Shown one piece after another: positions 58,998 to 64,000 of a stretch of DNA of 64,000 nt (within the stretch, counting starts at the first letter, position 1; every line of letters begins with the position of its first letter). Source of the stretch: Candidatus Melainabacteria bacterium 17Bon1m. GTDB taxonomy: Bacteria; Cyanobacteriota; Vampirovibrionia; Obscuribacterales; Obscuribacteraceae. Location: assembly GCA_032128875.1 (NCBI GenBank), contig JAVLKG010000003.1, positions 481,008 to 545,007 of the forward strand, in the 5' to 3' direction. A model generated the notes under the pieces. It made no database searches. It was given only the letters and a program-made list of their open reading frames with translations, and was not told the origin of the DNA. The position numbers and the translations under genes are program-made.

Positions 58998-59936
58998 TTG
59001 ACCGTGAAACGCAGTATTTCGGTGCAGCTGAGGTGGCAAGCGCTCGCGCTGGCGGCAGTGGGTGGGATTCTGTTGATACAGCCAGCCCTTGCACGCAAAT
59101 CTTGGCCTGGTTCGCCGCTTACTGATGAGGCTCAGATTGAGCTAGAGCGTGCCTCGAAGTACATGAAAAACAATCCTGCAAAAGCAATGCCGGGAATTAT
59201 GAATGCGCTGAATACGGCGACTGATATTCCGAAGTGTTTGGCTATTGCCGCCTACACCGAACGTTATGGACATCCGATGTTGGAAGCTCGTCGCGCCTGC
59301 ATCACCAAGGCTCTAACCTTCTGTCAGACTCGCGAGGATTATATTCAACTTGCATTGAAAGCCAGGCAGTATGGATGTTTTGAAGTTACTCGCTCGGCTG
59401 TGAATAATTTGGTTGGAAATTCCGATAGCGTCGAGGAGTTGCTGGATCTGGCTCATAAGGCCCAGGAAGTAGCCCTCAACGACATCAGTCATTTGGCAAT
59501 GGAAAAAGCCTATAACAAGGCCGATTCAGTAGAGGAAGCGCTCAAATTTGCGCGTGAAGCGAAGGTTATGGGCATGGAAGATTTGAGCCGAAAGGCCACC
59601 AAAGAGCTAATCGATGATGAGCCGGAAGCTCATGAACTCTGCGCTTTGCTTCGCAGTATTGAACCGCTCGACCATAAAGACCTCAATCGTTACCTGCTGA
59701 AAAAAGCGATCGACCAGTCCAGAACTGTTTCGGATTATCGCGATGTTTATGACTCTGCTCGCCGTACCGGGCACGCCGATATTTTGAAACTTGCTGAATT
59801 CCGCGGCAGAAAAATGCAGATTTTGAACAAATACAATGCCAGCAGGGCAGACTATCAGCAGAAAGTCGACGCTGCGCGCGCTCAACAAGGGCAGCAACAA
59901 CAACAGCAGTCGCAAGGTTTGCCGACTGGGTTCTAA
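58998..59936 (+). CDS. Exported hypothetical protein with about 33-aa helical repeats
   Basis: Signal peptide ending ALA; 5-6 helical repeats; Gln-rich tail. Confidence 0.75.
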   Translation: MTVKRSISVQLRWQALALAAVGGILLIQPALARKSWPGSPLTDEAQIELERASKYMKNNPAKAMPGIMNALNTATDIPKCLAIAAYTERYGHPMLEARRACITKALTFCQTREDYIQLALKARQYGCFEVTRSAVNNLVGNSDSVEELLDLAHKAQEVALNDISHLAMEKAYNKADSVEEALKFAREAKVMGMEDLSRKATKELIDDEPEAHELCALLRSIEPLDHKDLNRYLLKKAIDQSRTVSDYRDVYDSARRTGHADILKLAEFRGRKMQILNKYNASRADYQQKVDAARAQQGQQQQQQSQGLPTGF

Positions 59937-59939
59937 CTA

Positions 59940-59967
59940 GTAAGGCAAGCGCATGCGCTTGCCTTAC
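59940..59967. terminator. Perfect 28-bp palindrome between convergent genes
   Basis: GTAAGGCAAGCGCATGCGCTTGCCTTAC. Confidence 0.55.
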
Positions 59968-59979
59968 AACTCTTTGATG

Positions 59980-60741
59980 TTAAGTAAAAACAGCCAGTGC
60001 CATAAGACAAACCAGTTCAGAGATTTCAACTGTGGCGCCGTATGTGTCGCCGGTTTGCCCGCCCAGCTTTCTATTCATTATGTGGCTGAAGATGACACCG
60101 GCGGCGATGCAGAAAATCATTGCGGTCCAAACGATTGGATATCCGACCAGTCCGAATGCTAGTGTCACTGCCAGTGGTGGCAGTGCTCCCTTGACCAAAT
60201 CAATAGGATAGACGGTCGTGTCGTGCCAGATTTTTCCCTTGCCATGCTCTTTTACGTAGGCAAACTTGCCGATTGCATAAAGCTCGCACCAGCGAGCCCA
60301 TGCTGGAATAACTATCAAACAAGCGCCTAAAGAAGCGCCGGTTAACGAATATAGAGTGACAAATTTGCCGAGCAGAACGATAAAGCCTGTAATCGCTCCG
60401 AAGTTGCCAACGCGGCTATCTGCCATGATTTCGAGCATGCGTTCTTTGCTTTGATGGGAAAAGATGCCATCAGCGGCGTCCATCAACCCGTCGAAGTGCA
60501 ATCCATTTGTAAGGATGAGCCAGGTGACTGTAAGAAGAAATCCGACAACAATCGGTTCTGCTCGGCTCACCGAAAGTACGCTATTCAAGGCGAAAAGCAA
60601 CGTCCCGATAATCAAACCTGCACATGGAAGATATTTGGATAGCCCATGCAAAAGCATTGGTTCATCGAAATCAATTCTTGTAAGCGGCAAGCAGGTGACG
60701 TAAGAAACGGCCACCTTCAAACGCTGCAAATGCTTATACAC
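59980..60741 (-). CDS. cobS: Adenosylcobinamide-GDP ribazoletransferase (cobalamin synthase)
   Basis: GLHFDGLMDAADG, MLEIMADSRVGNFG and GGQTGDTYGA motifs; GTG start overlaps the upstream stop. Confidence 0.93.
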   Translation of the reverse strand: MYKHLQRLKVAVSYVTCLPLTRIDFDEPMLLHGLSKYLPCAGLIIGTLLFALNSVLSVSRAEPIVVGFLLTVTWLILTNGLHFDGLMDAADGIFSHQSKERMLEIMADSRVGNFGAITGFIVLLGKFVTLYSLTGASLGACLIVIPAWARWCELYAIGKFAYVKEHGKGKIWHDTTVYPIDLVKGALPPLAVTLAFGLVGYPIVWTAMIFCIAAGVIFSHIMNRKLGGQTGDTYGATVEISELVCLMALAVFT

Positions 60742-62059
60742 TGGGGAGCTCCAGTTGTACGCTTTCGTGAACTTCCGCCGTGTATTCAGGGCGCTCCGGA
60801 AATACGGAGCTATTTCCAATTACAAGCAGCTCGCGCCTCTCGTCGTAGTAATTCACCAGTTCTTCGATTTGATTGATAAAGTCTGGATCTGTCTCAAAGG
60901 ATTGCGCTTTGCAAACTATGGTTTCCATCATTTGATCTGAATTGGTGCCCTTTTGAACGTTTTCCGCCCAGGGCATTTGCAAATGTTCCATCAGTCCCCC
61001 CACCACATCCGGTGTCACGGGCAGTGGTTCAGTCATCGGCAAACCGTAAGCGAAAATCAAGCGCTGGTAGTTGTTTTCCATAAAAGCCCGGTGTGGTCCG
61101 ATTATGTCTGACGCCCACGACATGACAAGCAAAGTTCTCTCCGGGCGATTCGGACCCTTGTAGCTATCCGAAGGAATCGAAAGAAGTTCTGCCAGCATTT
61201 TCGAGAGCGGGCGAGAATAAGTGCTGTAATACTCGACAATTTCAAGATCGACGCGCAATCCTTGTAGTAGTCCTTTGAGGAGCGCCAACATCTGAGCAAT
61301 CTTTTGCGGACCTTCCAGAGTTGTTCCTTTTTCAGCTTGCGGGCGTAAGAGGATAGACCCGTACAATATGTACAGCCAGTCTCTATAAGTGAATACCGAC
61401 TTGCTTTGCATGCGCTCGAGCCGTTTCAATACCGTTTTTCTATGCGCAATTTCCTTCTTCTCGTCGTCTTCTTCAGCAAGGCTTTCCAGCCCTTTCAGCA
61501 TGCCGCGCGCTTCTTCAATACGTCGTGTTAGTGTGTAGCAAACAGCCAAATTGAGCGAAGTATCAAAATCCTTTTCTTTCTCGCCGGCTTTCTCGAAGTA
61601 TTTTGTGGCTTGGTGAAATTTACCCTGCGACATCAAGGAGAACCCGAGCTCATAGTTGATGACAGGCTCGTTTGGATGAAGCTTGATGCAGCGCTCCAAA
61701 AGCATGGACGCGAGTTCGTGAAGTCGAACATCTATTAGCGCGTGACTCGATTCGAATAGGATAGTCGCAAGCTCGCTATCTGCAAGTTTTCCTGCATTGC
61801 TGTCACCGGAAGCCGTCGTCACTTGTGTATGCTCGGCGTGCATCGTCTTTGAAAGACGCTCCAGCTTTTCAGACAAATCTGTGCGACCGGCTTCATTCAT
61901 GACGCGGCTTAGAAGTGCCGCCGCTTCTGCATCGTCCGGATGCGTCAACCAATACTGTTTTACTGCGAGCAACGATTGTTCGAGTTGCCCGTCATCGAGC
62001 AAATTCTGCGCCGCCATCAGCGTATGCAAATCAGCCGAACTTGCTTCATTCTGGGTCAC
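60734..62059 (-). CDS. TPR-containing protein
   Basis: TPR units (NYELGFSLMSQG, SLNLAVCY) plus an unknown C-terminal domain. Confidence 0.75.
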   Translation of the reverse strand: MTQNEASSADLHTLMAAQNLLDDGQLEQSLLAVKQYWLTHPDDAEAAALLSRVMNEAGRTDLSEKLERLSKTMHAEHTQVTTASGDSNAGKLADSELATILFESSHALIDVRLHELASMLLERCIKLHPNEPVINYELGFSLMSQGKFHQATKYFEKAGEKEKDFDTSLNLAVCYTLTRRIEEARGMLKGLESLAEEDDEKKEIAHRKTVLKRLERMQSKSVFTYRDWLYILYGSILLRPQAEKGTTLEGPQKIAQMLALLKGLLQGLRVDLEIVEYYSTYSRPLSKMLAELLSIPSDSYKGPNRPERTLLVMSWASDIIGPHRAFMENNYQRLIFAYGLPMTEPLPVTPDVVGGLMEHLQMPWAENVQKGTNSDQMMETIVCKAQSFETDPDFINQIEELVNYYDERRELLVIGNSSVFPERPEYTAEVHESVQLELPSV

Positions 62060-62075
62060 GAAACAACCTCATCAA

Positions 62076-62990
62076 TTAATTGGCCGCGCGCGCAATCTCT
62101 TCTGCGTGATACGAGCTTCTTACTAGTGGGCCGGAGTGGACGGTCTTAAAGCCCATGGATAGTGCGATATTGCCCAGGCGATCGAATTCTTCGGGCGTGT
62201 AATATTTGACGACCTGCAGTTGATCGCGACTCGGTCGCAAATACTGTCCCATCGTCATAATATCGATTTCGTGCTCGCGCATGTCACGCATCACACCGAT
62301 GATTTCTTCTTCCGATTCGCCCAGACCGAGCATGATGCCGGACTTAGTAGGGATATAGTCGCAAATTTCTTTGGCGGCCTTGAGCACTTCAAGCGAGCGC
62401 AAATATTTTGATCCAGGGCGGACTTTGCGATAAAGCCTGGGGATGGTTTCGATATTGTGATTGAAAACAACGGGCTCTGCTTCCAGCACCGTCTGGATGC
62501 AATCACGACGTCCTTGAAAGTCTGGCGTAAGTACTTCGACTGCGACTCCCGGAATTGCGTCTTTTAGAGCGCGAATGGTCGCTGCAAAATGACCAGCGCC
62601 TTGATCGGGCAAGTCGTCGCGATTTACTGATGTCAAAACCACATGGCGCAAGCCCATTTGTCGCGAGGCTTCGGCGACTCTTGCCGGCTCGGTCGGATCG
62701 AGCGCATCGGGCAAACCTTTATTGACTGAGCAGAATTTGCAGGTGCGGGTGCAGAGCGGCCCCATAAGTAAGTAGGTGGCTGTGCCCTTCGACCAGCATT
62801 CGCCTTTGTTCGGGCAGCGCCCGCTCTCGCAAATTGTGTTTAAACCTTGTTCTTTTAATATCTTGCGTGTGCCGCGGTTTTCGTCCGTATTCAAAACGGT
62901 TCGCTTGACCCACTCCGGCAAGCGCAATGGTGCTGTTTCTGGCCCCATCTCGAGAATTGCTATGTCGGAATTTTTTTCGTTGTCAGGCAT
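62076..62990 (-). CDS. lipA: Lipoyl synthase
   Basis: CESGRCPNKGEC, CTRTCKFC, NHNIET, GQYLRPS and VRSSYH motifs. Confidence 0.96.
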   Translation of the reverse strand: MPDNEKNSDIAILEMGPETAPLRLPEWVKRTVLNTDENRGTRKILKEQGLNTICESGRCPNKGECWSKGTATYLLMGPLCTRTCKFCSVNKGLPDALDPTEPARVAEASRQMGLRHVVLTSVNRDDLPDQGAGHFAATIRALKDAIPGVAVEVLTPDFQGRRDCIQTVLEAEPVVFNHNIETIPRLYRKVRPGSKYLRSLEVLKAAKEICDYIPTKSGIMLGLGESEEEIIGVMRDMREHEIDIMTMGQYLRPSRDQLQVVKYYTPEEFDRLGNIALSMGFKTVHSGPLVRSSYHAEEIARAAN

Positions 62991-63251
62991 TTTTTCTCTT
63001 TGTTGAACCCGGCGCAATGTGTCGTAATTAGCCGAAAGCAATCTGCAGCCGCCATCATCTTGGCTTGCAACCCAATGATTGTACCTATAGAAACGAAGTT
63101 TCTGGTCCGGCTTAGTTGCAAAATCGGCAACACTTGCCTTCCTGACCCTTGAAAGGGGGTAGAATTTACCCTTCAAACATTTGATAGCGCCTCGGCGAGC
63201 GCCTTCCGGCGACCTTTCGAGTTATTACCAGTCTTTGTGGGAGATGGGGCC

Positions 63252-64000
63252 GTGACTAAACGCAAAACGATTATTGCCGGCAATTGGAAGATGTTCAAAA
63301 CCCGGAAAGAGGCAACCGAGCTTGCCGCAGCAGTTGCCGCCGGGGTTAAGGGAGAAAAGGATCTTCCTGAAGTAGTTCTTATCCCGCCTTTTACCTCTAT
63401 CGAGTCCGCAATCAACGCGGTTAAGGATTCGCCTGTGGCGATCGGCGCCCAAAATATGGACTGGCGCGACAATGGCGCTTTCACGGGCGAAGTCAGCCCG
63501 GTCATGTTGATCGAACTGGGCGTTAAGTACGTCCTCATCGGGCATTCCGAAAGAAGACAATTTTTCGGCGAAACTAATCAGACGGTCAATCAGCGCTTGA
63601 AAGCAGCTCTTGCGCACAAGTTGATCCCGATTGTTTGTGTTGGTGAAACGCTTGACGAGCGAGAGTCTGGTTTGACCGACTCGGTTGTAAGACGGCAGGT
63701 TGCCGCAGCTTTGGCGGAAATTCCGCCGGAAGCTTTGGAAATTATCGTTGTCGCTTACGAGCCAGTCTGGGCAATCGGCACAGGTAAGGTTTGTGAAGCT
63801 GATGAAGCCAATCGCGTGCTTGGTCAAATTCGCGCCACCATTGCCGACCTCTACAAGGAAGGCGGCAAATCGGATTTGGCAGAACAAGTTCCGCTGCTCT
63901 ACGGTGGCTCTGTGAAGCCCTCGACTATCGAAGAGCAAATGTCCAAACCGGAAATCGACGGAGCCCTCGTGGGTGGCGCCAGTTTGAAGGCCGAAGAATT
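63252..64000 (+). CDS. tpiA: Triosephosphate isomerase (runs off the window end)
   Basis: Manual translation: IIAGNWKM, GAFTGEVS, GHSERR, AYEPVWAIGTG, LYGGSV and LVGGASL. Confidence 0.97.
   Translation, partial: MTKRKTIIAGNWKMFKTRKEATELAAAVAAGVKGEKDLPEVVLIPPFTSIESAINAVKDSPVAIGAQNMDWRDNGAFTGEVSPVMLIELGVKYVLIGHSERRQFFGETNQTVNQRLKAALAHKLIPIVCVGETLDERESGLTDSVVRRQVAAALAEIPPEALEIIVVAYEPVWAIGTGKVCEADEANRVLGQIRATIADLYKEGGKSDLAEQVPLLYGGSVKPSTIEEQMSKPEIDGALVGGASLKAEE

Noticed and set aside
62991-63176. N-terminal extension of LipA given in the ORF track
   Set aside because: It is not LipA-like and occupies the lipA/tpiA divergent promoter; ATG 62990 is a more plausible start

Overview
A gene-dense bacterial chromosomal window with about 55 CDS and one tRNA. 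I see no CRISPR array, rRNA, transposase, integrase or phage genes. The content points to a diderm, cyanobacteria-related but apparently non-photosynthetic organism, probably Vampirovibrionia/Melainabacteria such as Obscuribacterales. That assignment is an inference from KdsC, LspA, the rpsU/HerA/NTF2-like genes, a membrane Ser/Thr kinase with TPRs and many orphan secreted proteins. Housekeeping genes: aspS, lysC, murA, mdh, lspA, rluD, lipA, cobS, tpiA (partial), rpsU (missed by the ORF track), an EF-G paralog and tRNA-Leu(GAG). A roughly 9.6 kb surface-glycan modification cluster (16.3-25.9 kb) is bracketed by two paralogous acyltransferase-3 genes. The best candidate for an undescribed system is at 26.0-31.7 kb. 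There a glyoxylate-shunt operon (aceB-aceA, with no iclR or aceK nearby) is divergent from two citrate-synthase-family genes. The second has an N-terminal HTH and has lost a catalytic His, and the shared intergenic region holds two copies of a TTGATA-TATTGA-N10-TCAATAC dyad. This suggests a citrate-synthase-derived pseudo-enzyme regulator of the glyoxylate cycle. Also notable: a His-insert TetR divergent from a signal-less Spy/CpxP-like protein with twin operators, and a secreted GNPPG-repeat protein. All family calls are from motif recognition by eye; no searches were run. Several start codons are adjusted from the ORF track.
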